64,000 nt of DNA from Saprospiraceae bacterium. Its GTDB lineage: Bacteria > Bacteroidota > Bacteroidia > Chitinophagales > Saprospiraceae. Positions 10,599 through 19,579 of this stretch are shown in pieces (the first letter of the stretch is position 1; each line of letters starts with the position of its first letter). The notes under the pieces are model-generated. The model ran no database searches. It was not told the DNA's origin and saw nothing but the letters and a program-made list of their open reading frames with translations. Where the stretch lies: positions 2,224 through 66,223 of the forward strand of contig JANQQI010000106.1 of the NCBI GenBank assembly GCA_028285085.1, written 5' to 3'. The position numbers and the translations under genes were made by a program.

Positions 10599-10961
10599 TT
10601 ACAATTGACGGGGAGGGCGCCACTGGGGCATGATGAGTAGTCGCTCCTTTAGTTCAGTATAAATGGTAGGTGACTCTAAAGGCGGTTCAATACTAATGTG
10701 GGCTGCTTTGACGCTCAGAGGGAGCAGCGCGATAATGGTACCGCAACAGGTACAAATGCAACTATTATTGTATGGGCAACTGTCGCTAGCATCGTGCGAA
10801 GCAAGTAATTCGCTTTCACAACTACTTGGCATCTCTTTCTTGGACGAACAACAGCTATGTGCTTCCACCGTAGCGGGAGCTAGAAGTAAGCCAAGGGCCA
10901 AAATGAGTATAGATACTAGACGATTCACAATAATGCAAAAATACGATTTTAAAGCTTGCAA
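10599..10961 (-). CDS. Small Cys-rich exported/membrane protein, DUF6660-like
   Basis: A hydrophobic N-terminus is followed by 'HSCCSS...SCPYNNSCICTCCG' and a C-terminal '..QWRPPRQL'. From memory this resembles the DUF6660 family often found upstream of TonB-dependent receptors. It lies 119 bp upstream of the receptor gene on the same strand. Confidence 0.5.
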   Translation of the reverse strand: MQALKSYFCIIVNRLVSILILALGLLLAPATVEAHSCCSSKKEMPSSCESELLASHDASDSCPYNNSCICTCCGTIIALLPLSVKAAHISIEPPLESPTIYTELKERLLIMPQWRPPRQL

Positions 10962-11242
10962 TGCAATTGCAAGAAAGACGGAAAAAAGTCATTAATCCAA
11001 ACAACATTACCATAGATGTATTGTTCTAAGGTGTTATGCTTTTAATATCCTGCAAATCAGTGATCTTAATGTAAGAATTACGACTTAAAATGAGCGGTGA
11101 TTTTTAGAAACACGGCCTTGATAAGCGCGCTTGGATTATTTAGTAAAATTATAAATAAGAAAAGTAAGTGGTCTGAAAGTATTAACAATCTGATGAATTA
11201 AATAATATTGTAAAACATTGTATCATTCTAAACGGAGTTATT

Positions 11243-11770
11243 ATGATTTCTGAAAAAATGCAAGCTACGCTTAATCGGCAGATCGAACTGGAAGGCTACG
11301 CATCCTTCCTCTATCTTGCGATGGCGTCTTGGTGCGATAGCGAAGGCCTTGAAGGTTGTGCAAAATTCATGCACCGCCAATCGGCTGAAGAACGTGACCA
11401 TATGTTGCGTATCTTTTATTACATCAGTGAAGTAGATGGCCACGCCAAGGTACCGGCCATTGATCAACCACCTCTGACTTTTGACTCGATTCAATCTTTA
11501 TTTGAGCAAGTATACGCTCACGAGCAAAAAGTGACAGCTTCCATTCATAAGATCGTTGATTTGGCCAATCAGGAAAACGATTATACTACGCTCAATTTCT
11601 TGCAGTGGTATATCGAAGAACAACGCGAAGAGGAAGCACTCATGCGTACCATCTTGGATCGAATCAAATTGATCGGTGGAGGACCAATGTCACTGTATTA
11701 CATCGATCAGGAAATTGAAAAAATTAACGCCATCGAAGAAAAGGCGGCTGCAGCTGAGGCTGAAGCATAA
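11243..11770 (+). CDS. Non-haem ferritin
   Basis: 'LNRQIELEGYASFLYLAMASWCD...FMHRQSAEERDHMLRIF' carries the ferroxidase-centre E/ExxH residues. The length of 175 aa fits ferritin. Confidence 0.9.
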   Translation: MISEKMQATLNRQIELEGYASFLYLAMASWCDSEGLEGCAKFMHRQSAEERDHMLRIFYYISEVDGHAKVPAIDQPPLTFDSIQSLFEQVYAHEQKVTASIHKIVDLANQENDYTTLNFLQWYIEEQREEEALMRTILDRIKLIGGGPMSLYYIDQEIEKINAIEEKAAAAEAEA

Positions 11771-12008
11771 AAGATCTCATCGCTTCGGTCGGTCGTTTCC
11801 TATGAACTGACCGAAGTGATCTCTCTCCCCTGCTATTAATTTTCCTGCCCTTTGGTAGAAGTCCCGGTTTTTTACTAAATTGTACGAGTAGTATTCCAGT
11901 CACTACCTCTAATCGATTTCCCATTTTGGTTTAACGTTATTCAATATTCTTCCGCATCTGGTCGGAGGAGGTCAGTAAAATATTGGTCAACGCATCAGCT
12001 TAGTAAGT

Positions 12009-12452
12009 ATGACACGAGACGACATTTTGGACTATTTCGAAGAGGATGGGGCGGCTTATCGGGGCGCGGTGATCGCCATTAAATATTTTTATTTCGAATC
12101 CCAAGCCCGGCTCTATGCTGCTCGACTACGCGAAGCGGGGATTCCCTGCTTTGTCTCGAATGCGAATACGATCACGGCATTTCCCTTGGGCGATGGCGGC
12201 ATCGGTTTGCACGTACGGGCCATCGATGCGGAGTCCGCTAGCGGCATTATTCGAGAACTGGATTCTAATGACCAAACGACCGATGAAGACGATGCTTTTC
12301 GAGAGGCGGACCATGAAGATATTGCTTACCAACGCGAATTACACGAGGGGCCGCTGCGTCGGCAACGTTGGGTGTTGACGGCGATTGCGGTGATCATCCT
12401 GCTCGTTATTCTCCTTCGCTTACTAACCGGGGTGCCCATCATTAATTTATAA
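12009..12452 (+). CDS. DUF2007-like (putative signal-transducing) domain protein with C-terminal TM anchor
   Basis: 'ARLYAARLREAGIPCFVSNANT...GIGLHVRAIDAESASGIIREL' resembles DUF2007. The C-terminus has a hydrophobic helix 'WVLTAIAVIILLVILLRLL'. Confidence 0.55.
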   Translation: MTRDDILDYFEEDGAAYRGAVIAIKYFYFESQARLYAARLREAGIPCFVSNANTITAFPLGDGGIGLHVRAIDAESASGIIRELDSNDQTTDEDDAFREADHEDIAYQRELHEGPLRRQRWVLTAIAVIILLVILLRLLTGVPIINL

Positions 12453-12975
12453 TCCTTGCTGGCGACGTTTAGCCCTCTATCTAGCCCAGAAAGTTAATGC
12501 TTAAAACCTATTTTACCCGAATGCTAGGCGAGTGATCGAAAATAGACGTCTATTTGTTGTGTAAGTGATTAGCCCTGTTTGGTAGTGGTTAATTGGCTCG
12601 TTTTCAATTATTTAGACAATATTTTTTGTTTATTTTAAGTTTTTCCTATCTTGCTTTCAACAAACAAAACCAATTAACTACAAAATGAGAGTTTCACTAT
12701 CGTGTAAGTAAACTTTCTAGGAAACAATTTCAACTATTCTGAAGTAACCCCTCTTAACAATTTCTGCAAACTCGAATACCAAATGAAGTTGGGCTTATTG
12801 CAGAGATCAGATAATTAAAGGCACTTAAAATTTAATTCCATAAAGCTAATGTGATTATGACTCCCGGTTGTATTTCACATAGCTTTATGGGCTAAATCCC
12901 CAAACATTAGATTACGCTGATATTGATGAAACCATTTAGTGGGCGTAGTCTGAAAACAAACAGAGTAGCTACAAA

Positions 12976-14493
12976 ATGAAAATTCCCACGGACAATTTGT
13001 ATCAACTTATCCAGGCCATGACGGCTTCGGAGAAGCGTTACTTTAAGCGGCATTATGCTTCTGAAAAGAGCATCACTACAGAATTATTCGATTTCATTAA
13101 CGGGATGAAAGCCTACGATGAAGAAGAAGTAAAGCTGAATTTTAGCAATTCTAAAGTGGCCAAAAACCTCAAAGTTTACAAAGTTCAGCTCACCGAACTA
13201 CTTCTGAAAAGTCTCACTTCTTATCACAATAAAAAAAGTATTCGGAGTAAAATTCGAATAGGTTTGGAAGAAGTAGAGTTGTTGATGTACAAACAACTTT
13301 ATACCCTCGCTGGTAGTCGCATTCGGAAGATCAAGGAGCTGTGCTTGAAATACGAAGAACTGGAATACATCTTTTCTGTCTTATTTTTTGAACTACTCCT
13401 CAACTCCTTTTTTGACGTTAAACTACAGACTTCAGAAAATCCTATCCTTGAGGAATTAGACCAGTATACGGATAAGATTAAGAATATCTATCGGTTAAAA
13501 AAGATCAACTTTGCCTTACACGATATTAGTAATAATAAGTTGACGCATCGACTAAGCCCTGAAGAAGCAGAGCGATTCAGCCAACAACTCGAAATCGAAG
13601 CGGCACGTATCCACGAAGATCCGATTTCTTTCAACGAGCATTTTTATCTGAATAGCTCCCTGTCACTCATCAACCAACTCTTCCACCAGGATCCAACGAA
13701 GGAATATCTTTTTAAGAAAAAGAATGTTGAGCTGTTCGAAGAGAATCCACATTTTATAGAAAATCACGGCAGCTTTTACTACGCTGCGCTCTACAACTAC
13801 CTCATCGCCTGCCGCAAATTGGGCAAAAAAGCCGCTTTTGCCGAAGGTATTCGCAAGATCAAAGAACTGGCGCGGCAGCAACCCTTACTGGATCGCAATC
13901 TCATCTTTGTCTATTATCTGGAGATCAAGGAGTATTTCCGCACCGGGCAGTTTGAGACGCTGATCGCTGAAATGGAGCCGGTCGTGACGCGTCACATCAA
14001 AAAATACGATCAAAATCAAGATAACTTACCCGCACTTTGCTTCATCTATTTCGCGATGGCCCACATGGTGCTCGAGCAGTCACAACGCGTACAGTTTTAT
14101 GTGCGTCGTCTGCAAGCGATGGGTAAACAGCTAAATACGAGCTACGCCTACTTCTTCAATATTTTTGAATTGATCAGTCACTACGAGACCAATGACTTTG
14201 GTATCGTTCAGAACTTGTTGACGAGTTTCCGGCGCAAAATTGATAAGACCAAATCGGCAGAGGTAACCTTCTACTTACAGTTTCTTGACTTTATGACCGA
14301 ACTGATTCAAGCCGCTGAAAATGAGCGAACTCTACAAGCAAAATCATTCAAGCAAAATATCGTTGTACCAGCAAATGATGGTGTCAGTAATCTTTCTGAA
14401 GCCTTTTTATTGAACGATTGGCTGCAAGCCATTGAAAAGAAATGCAGCTATACAAAATGGGTGAAATCGCAATTAGTCGATTCAGAAATGTGA
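12976..14493 (+). CDS. Hypothetical all-helical protein, 505 aa
   Basis: This long ATG-initiated ORF has an N-terminal 'MTASEKRYFKRHY' motif that I associate with an uncharacterised Bacteroidota helical-protein family. The rest looks TPR-like and helical. It is preceded by a 523-bp AT-rich non-coding region. Confidence 0.65.
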   Translation: MKIPTDNLYQLIQAMTASEKRYFKRHYASEKSITTELFDFINGMKAYDEEEVKLNFSNSKVAKNLKVYKVQLTELLLKSLTSYHNKKSIRSKIRIGLEEVELLMYKQLYTLAGSRIRKIKELCLKYEELEYIFSVLFFELLLNSFFDVKLQTSENPILEELDQYTDKIKNIYRLKKINFALHDISNNKLTHRLSPEEAERFSQQLEIEAARIHEDPISFNEHFYLNSSLSLINQLFHQDPTKEYLFKKKNVELFEENPHFIENHGSFYYAALYNYLIACRKLGKKAAFAEGIRKIKELARQQPLLDRNLIFVYYLEIKEYFRTGQFETLIAEMEPVVTRHIKKYDQNQDNLPALCFIYFAMAHMVLEQSQRVQFYVRRLQAMGKQLNTSYAYFFNIFELISHYETNDFGIVQNLLTSFRRKIDKTKSAEVTFYLQFLDFMTELIQAAENERTLQAKSFKQNIVVPANDGVSNLSEAFLLNDWLQAIEKKCSYTKWVKSQLVDSEM

Positions 14494-14714
14494 CATTTTT
14501 CTCATATAATCCGTCCAAAAGCTAGGTCGTTCAAAATGTTAATGTTAAATTCACTGTCACAAACATGCATTTTTTGCGCCTTATTCATCAAAAACAAACG
14601 ACATGAGAAAAATGAAAAAGGCCGGCTATCATTCTTTAGCACAAAAACATCACGATGAAGTTGATGTGGAAATCAAAGTCTGATTTCCCGGCACACTTTG
14701 AAACCAAAAAAGAG

Positions 14715-14745
14715 AAAGGATCACTTCGGGGAGAAGTGATCCTTT
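14715..14745. terminator. Bidirectional rho-independent terminator between convergent genes
   Basis: A perfect 13-bp stem pairs AAAGGATCACTTC (14715-14727) with GAAGTGATCCTTT (14733-14745), with a 5-nt loop. The upstream flank is A-rich and the downstream flank is T-rich ('gttgtttttt'). Confidence 0.65.
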
Positions 14746-14768
14746 GTTGTTTTTTGTGATTACGTTGG

Positions 14769-15893
14769 TTATAGATTTCCTCGTCGCTCCTGTTCGCGCT
14801 CAATGGCCTCGAATAAAGCTTTGAAGTTACCCTTACCAAAAGAACGCGCGCCTTTGCGCTGAATAATCTCGTAAAATACAGTTGGACGATCTTGTACCGG
14901 CTTGGTAAAGATTTGTAGCAAATAGCCATCTTCGTCCCGGTCGATCAGGATATTGAGCCGTTTTAAATCATCCATATTTTCGTCAATCTCACCTACACGC
15001 TCACCCACGGTGTCGTAGTAATTGTCCGGTACATAAAGGAAGTCAACACCATTAGCGCGTAACTGTCCCACGGTTTCAATGATGTTATCAGTTGCAATCG
15101 CAATGTGTTGTACACCAGCGCTGCGGTAGAAATCCAAGTACTCTTCGATCTGGGATTTTTTTAATCCTTGCGCCGGTTCGTTAATCGGGAACTTCACGTA
15201 GCCATTCCCGTTGGACACCACCTTACTCATTAGTGCGGTGTATTTGGTTGAGATATCCTTGTCGTCGAAAGTGATCAAAAGTTTGAAGCCCATCACATCC
15301 TGATAGAATTTGACCCATTTGTTCATCCCGCCCAATTCAACATTTCCTACACAGTGATCAACGAATTTCAAGCCTACCGATTTGACGGGAGCAGCACTGC
15401 TGCGCGCTTCAAAGCCAGGCATAAAAGGCCCATTATAGTTTTTGCGCTCCACGAAGGTGTGAATGGTTTCACCGTAAGTATGGATGGCCGCAGTGCGTAC
15501 CTGACCGTGTTCGTCTTCCAAAGTGTTGAGGGGAGCCGCAGAAGTCGCGCCGCGTTCAAGAGCAGTATTATATGCCTTTTCGGCATCATCCACCCAAAGC
15601 GCTAGCACTTTGACACCATCTCCGTGTTCATTGACGTGCTTAGCCACGGGATGATCAGGAGTAAGTGCCGCGGTGAGAATCAGGCGAATTTTATCTTGTT
15701 GCAATACGTAAGAACAAGTATCACGTGTGCCCGTCTCTGGTCCGCGATAAGCAACGAGTTCGTAACCAAAAGCCATCTGGTAGTAGAGTGCAGATTGCTT
15801 GGCATTACCCACATAAAATTCGATATAGTCTGTACCATTAATTGGAAAACTATCCTCGATCTGGGCGTTTGTTGATTTGGTTAAGGTTTCCAT
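14769..15893 (-). CDS. hppD: 4-hydroxyphenylpyruvate dioxygenase
   Basis: The full-length 374-aa protein has typical HPPD segments 'GTDYIEFYVGNAKQSA', 'GVQHIAIATDNI' and 'QIFTKPVQDRPTVFYEIIQRKG...FGKGNFKALFEAIEREQ'. Confidence 0.95.
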   Translation of the reverse strand: METLTKSTNAQIEDSFPINGTDYIEFYVGNAKQSALYYQMAFGYELVAYRGPETGTRDTCSYVLQQDKIRLILTAALTPDHPVAKHVNEHGDGVKVLALWVDDAEKAYNTALERGATSAAPLNTLEDEHGQVRTAAIHTYGETIHTFVERKNYNGPFMPGFEARSSAAPVKSVGLKFVDHCVGNVELGGMNKWVKFYQDVMGFKLLITFDDKDISTKYTALMSKVVSNGNGYVKFPINEPAQGLKKSQIEEYLDFYRSAGVQHIAIATDNIIETVGQLRANGVDFLYVPDNYYDTVGERVGEIDENMDDLKRLNILIDRDEDGYLLQIFTKPVQDRPTVFYEIIQRKGARSFGKGNFKALFEAIEREQERRGNL

Positions 15894-15968
15894 TTATAAA
15901 AGTATTTTTAAAATGTTTAGAGAAGCGGCAAAGGTCATATCGGTCGAGCAGCTTTGCCACGAATATAT

Positions 15969-17126
15969 TTAAGGTGTTAACCAGCTTTGGTAATAATCGG
16001 GATCCTCGATAGAGGCCGCGTGCTCAGTCATTAGCAGTGGACGGAAAGTATCCACCATCACAGCTAATTCGTGGGTTTCCTTCGCGCCGATGCTCTTTTC
16101 GACCGTACCGGGATGTGGACCGTGAGGAATACCTCCGGGATGCAAAGTAATCATCCCCCGCTCAACGTGCTTACGGCTCATAAAGTCCCCATCGACATAA
16201 TACAGCACTTCGTCACTGTCAATATTACTGTGATTGTAAGGGGCTGGAATGGCTAGTGGATGATAGTCAAACAAGCGCGGGACAAAGGAGCAGATCACAA
16301 AATTGCGGGCCGCAAAGGTTTGATGCACGGGTGGCGGCTGGTGTACCCGGCCGGTAATCGGTTCAAAATTATGGATGGAAAAAGCGTAAGGATAAACAAA
16401 ACCGTCCCAACCGATCACATCAAATGGATGACTCAGGTAATGATAGGGATAAATGTTATCCTGCTTTTTAATGTACATCAGGAAATCGCCTTGCTCATCA
16501 TAGGTTTCGAGCTCATCTGGTTTGCGGATGTCTCGCTCGCAGAAGGGCGAATGCTCTAGTAGTTGCCCAAAGTTATTACGGTAGCGCTTCGGGGTAATGA
16601 TCGGGCTGTAAGATTCGACAATGAACAAACGATTGTCTGGCCCATCAAAGCTCATTTGATAAATGGTGCCACGCGGAACAACTAGATAATCGCCGTACTC
16701 AAAGCGGATGTTGCCGTACATCGTGCGTAGTGTGCCGGTACCTTCGTGGACAAAGATGACCTCATCAGCATCCGCATTTTTGAAAAAGTAATCGTCAGTG
16801 CTTTTTCGGGGTGCAGCCAGGATGATTTTGCAATCATTGTTGGCAAGCACCACTTTGCGGCTTTTTAAATAATCATCGTCGGGAGCAACATTAAAACCGT
16901 GCAGACTGCGATGCTTCAACTGCTTATCGTGGATCAGCTTTGGTGCGACGGAGTAGGGATCCCCCACTTGTACAATTTGCGTTGGTGGGTTAGCGTGATA
17001 CAAGGTTGAATACATATCACTAAAGCCTTCGGTCGAAAACAATTGCTCGTGGTAAAGTGAGCCATCGGGCTTGCGAAACTGGATGTGTCGCTTATGCGGG
17101 ATTTGGCCTAGAGTATAATAGTGCAT
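15969..17126 (-). CDS. hmgA: Homogentisate 1,2-dioxygenase
   Basis: The 385-aa protein has 'YHANPPTQI', 'GDYLVVPRGTIYQ' and 'ITLHPGGIPHGPHPG', typical of the bacterial HGD family. It is adjacent to hppD. Confidence 0.9.
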   Translation of the reverse strand: MHYYTLGQIPHKRHIQFRKPDGSLYHEQLFSTEGFSDMYSTLYHANPPTQIVQVGDPYSVAPKLIHDKQLKHRSLHGFNVAPDDDYLKSRKVVLANNDCKIILAAPRKSTDDYFFKNADADEVIFVHEGTGTLRTMYGNIRFEYGDYLVVPRGTIYQMSFDGPDNRLFIVESYSPIITPKRYRNNFGQLLEHSPFCERDIRKPDELETYDEQGDFLMYIKKQDNIYPYHYLSHPFDVIGWDGFVYPYAFSIHNFEPITGRVHQPPPVHQTFAARNFVICSFVPRLFDYHPLAIPAPYNHSNIDSDEVLYYVDGDFMSRKHVERGMITLHPGGIPHGPHPGTVEKSIGAKETHELAVMVDTFRPLLMTEHAASIEDPDYYQSWLTP

Positions 17127-17132
17127 GTTGGT

Positions 17133-17588
17133 TTATGATTCAAGATTGTTGAAAATGGTATTTAAAATTGAGGATAGGCGATTGAGCTCCTGATCGTCGA
17201 GTCCGGCCCAGGCTCGTTCTCGAAAAGCATGAACTAAAGGTAAGATGTCACCAATTTTCTCCCGGCCCGCCGCAGTGAGATGAATGCTAAAGCGGCGGCG
17301 GTCCTCAGGGTCGGGCTGACGTTCGGTTAAGCCCTTCTGGCAAAGCAAATCAATGATCCGGGTGACGGTCGGCGCATCTTTAAAAACACGCTCGGCAATG
17401 GTGTATTGACTGAGGCCTTCTTCTTTCTGTAATTCCTGTAAAATAACCCACTGGTCTACCGTGACGCCAACTTTGGCTTCACCTAAAACCCGCTTAAAAG
17501 CAAGCTTAAGACGCTTGGCCGTGCGTTCCAGAACGAAGCCGGATAGTTCAGTTTTTTGACTTTGGTGGGGCTGAGAAAGACCTGACAT
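17133..17588 (-). CDS. MarR-family transcriptional regulator
   Basis: 'VTVDQWVILQEL...LSQYTIAERVFKDAPTVTRIIDLLCQKGLTERQPDPEDRRRFSIHLTAAG' is a winged-HTH MarR signature. The gene lies 7 bp upstream of hmgA. Confidence 0.9.
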   Translation of the reverse strand: MSGLSQPHQSQKTELSGFVLERTAKRLKLAFKRVLGEAKVGVTVDQWVILQELQKEEGLSQYTIAERVFKDAPTVTRIIDLLCQKGLTERQPDPEDRRRFSIHLTAAGREKIGDILPLVHAFRERAWAGLDDQELNRLSSILNTIFNNLES

Positions 17589-17649
17589 AAATTGATTGTT
17601 GTACTAACTATTCGCAAGTTAATTAATTTCCACAACCCTTCCAAGTCTT

Positions 17650-18279
17650 TTAAGCCTTACTTGTTCTACCTTTTAATTTCCTTAACCAAAATACAATGAT
17701 CGGAACACCTACTAAGGTGGGCATGAGCCAAGCGTAGACTGTAAATAGGTCTAGCCCGGCCACAATAAAAGCCGTCACAGCCGCAATGAAACTAGCGATC
17801 ATTCGGCCCAAATGCAGTCGGAGACGCAGAATAGGAGAGTGGAGACGACCCATAAAGACTAGGACATCCTGTATGGAGAAGACCAATGCCAGAATAGCAA
17901 AAACAATGGAGACGATCCCGAAGCTATTGCCTCGGGCATATTCCTGCCAGCCGAGGTAAATAAAACCAAAGGAGACCAGCAGCATCATTAAACTCAATAG
18001 CCAATCGTACCATTGTGGATGCGCCTGGTGCCGTCGGTCGATCAAATAAAGATAGCGCTTGCCGGTAATGACAAAATAGGCACTGAAGACACCGACGGCC
18101 AGCAGAAAATTACTCTCTATCTGAATGGAAAGATAAATGGCACTAATGGTGGCCACCAACATGGCGTAAAAGAAAATATTGCCTGATCGAATGTGATTGC
18201 GGCTGCCTTTACGAAAGATAAGTGCCAATAGACCGACTACTAATCCAAGGCCTCCTGCAATGATGTGGAGGTACAGCAT
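17650..18279 (-). CDS. Hypothetical integral membrane protein (about 6 TM helices)
   Basis: The 209-aa sequence is hydrophobic throughout. I could not assign a family with any confidence. Confidence 0.6.
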   Translation of the reverse strand: MLYLHIIAGGLGLVVGLLALIFRKGSRNHIRSGNIFFYAMLVATISAIYLSIQIESNFLLAVGVFSAYFVITGKRYLYLIDRRHQAHPQWYDWLLSLMMLLVSFGFIYLGWQEYARGNSFGIVSIVFAILALVFSIQDVLVFMGRLHSPILRLRLHLGRMIASFIAAVTAFIVAGLDLFTVYAWLMPTLVGVPIIVFWLRKLKGRTSKA

Positions 18280-18356
18280 GTGGGCTTAAGGTTAAGATGT
18301 AATTGCTCACAGGAAAATACAACTTCTTCGGCTAAATCAACCTTATTTATTCGAAT

Positions 18357-19415
18357 TTAGCGTGTACTGACCGTATCATCGAGACGGTGGGCCATACGTT
18401 GAATCGCATCAATGATATTGTCCAGCGCTGGAGGATAATCAACGTAGCGGACATTATTCTGGTCTTTGCCCCAGATGCTGATGGTCACGACCTTTTTGCG
18501 TGAGCCGTAGGCCACAGCCAGGCGGAGTGGGATTGGCGTTGGTTTATTCTGCTTACGCTTCTGGCAGGTGCTGGATTTGCAATCGTAGATGCGCTCGAAC
18601 TCAAAGAATTTCTGCGCGATAATATATTCGGCGAATTGCTCCAGCTCTTCGCGCGGGATATTTTTCTTGGTAATCGTAGAGCCGTTATTGAGGCTTTTGA
18701 ATTCCTTAATGAGGCGGCCGTCACTTTTGATATGAATATAATCTTTGAGGACTGGATCTAATCCACCGTAATAGCCGCCACCAATCAATTCGATGCTGAT
18801 GTATATTGGCTCTTCTTTGCTCTTTTTTTTCTTTTTTCGCTTGCGACGGCGCTTCTTTTTCTTCTTCTTGTTGAAGGCCAGCCAGCGTTTTTTATTACGC
18901 TTGGGATTGGCAGTTTCGACGATAACGTCGGGCAGTTCGTTGGCGGGTTTTACGAATGGTGCATCCTTGCTTTCGACCCTTACGAAGTGATATTGGTAGG
19001 TACCTTTACTATTCGGCTGGGTGAATTCGAGAATCAACCGGGATTTATTAATATCGGCTATTTCGAATTTATTGATATGTTTGAAACGATAAAAGAGTTC
19101 GCTACCGCTTAAACTCCAGGTACCTCGAGTCATCCGCCCATTGAGGTATTGACTGTAAGTATAGTCATATCGAAAGTGGAGATAATAATCGTAGTAATCT
19201 TCGGCTTGGTGAATAATGGTATTGGACTCCAAATGAATGGCGTAGGTATAGCGCCACTTGGTTTCAATAATGAGGCGTTCGTCTACTGCCGGATAGTTAG
19301 TTCCCCAGCCGATCGAATCGGTTTGTGCCTGGCTGCTAAAACTGATCAGCAATAGCATGAGCCGAGAGCCGAGATAGTGTAAGTTCCTCATGTTGATCAA
19401 ATCCAAAACCTTCAT
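18357..19415 (-). CDS. Hypothetical exported protein with an internal 30-aa Lys/Arg tract
   Basis: The N-terminus is signal-like ('LMLLLISFSSQAQ'). Two globular-looking halves are separated by 'PKRNKKRWLAFNKKKKKKRRRKRKKKKKSKEE'. Confidence 0.6.
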   Translation of the reverse strand: MKVLDLINMRNLHYLGSRLMLLLISFSSQAQTDSIGWGTNYPAVDERLIIETKWRYTYAIHLESNTIIHQAEDYYDYYLHFRYDYTYSQYLNGRMTRGTWSLSGSELFYRFKHINKFEIADINKSRLILEFTQPNSKGTYQYHFVRVESKDAPFVKPANELPDVIVETANPKRNKKRWLAFNKKKKKKRRRKRKKKKKSKEEPIYISIELIGGGYYGGLDPVLKDYIHIKSDGRLIKEFKSLNNGSTITKKNIPREELEQFAEYIIAQKFFEFERIYDCKSSTCQKRKQNKPTPIPLRLAVAYGSRKKVVTISIWGKDQNNVRYVDYPPALDNIIDAIQRMAHRLDDTVSTR

Positions 19416-19471
19416 TTTTGCTGCACTGGTTCTGTACCCCTCGTGTTCAAGTGTTAATGTATTTGTTTTAC

Positions 19472-19520
19472 AAAAACAGGCAATGAACAGCCTTGGAAAT
19501 TCTGCTCATTGCCTCTTTTT
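19472..19520 (-). terminator. Probable terminator after the 19580..21085 gene (hairpin flanked by A/T runs)
   Basis: The 13-bp stem pairs AGGCAATGAACAG (19478-19490) with CTGCTCATTGCCT (19502-19514) with one mismatch. An A5 run lies upstream (the T-run on the minus strand) and a T5 run lies downstream. Confidence 0.5.
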
Positions 19521-19579
19521 AGCTGGTGCATTGAGTATCTACCGATGAGGTAAATGAATGGATTTTAAGATATGATCGT

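Noticed and set aside
10663-10995. A 110-aa plus-strand ORF overlapping the Cys-rich small gene.
   Set aside because: The minus-strand frame has a signal-like leader, clustered Cys motifs and an operon position upstream of the receptor. The plus-strand translation is featureless.
11190-11242. A possible Fur-type box upstream of ferritin (ATTGTA-N4-ATTGTA direct repeat and an 'aataat' hexamer).
   Set aside because: It does not match the 19-bp Fur palindrome convincingly. Regulatory motifs for ferritin in Bacteroidota are not well enough known to me to make a call.
14603-14683. A 26-codon ORF (MRKMKKAGYHSLAQKHHDEVDVEIKV) just upstream of the bidirectional terminator.
   Set aside because: It is too short to support from sequence alone and shows no recognisable peptide family. 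It would need ribosome profiling or conservation evidence.
14769-17588. The MarR-hmgA-hppD cluster as a candidate novelty. No fumarylacetoacetase or maleylacetoacetate isomerase gene lies adjacent.
   Set aside because: This is an ordinary tyrosine/homogentisate catabolism arrangement, and the missing downstream genes are probably elsewhere in the genome.
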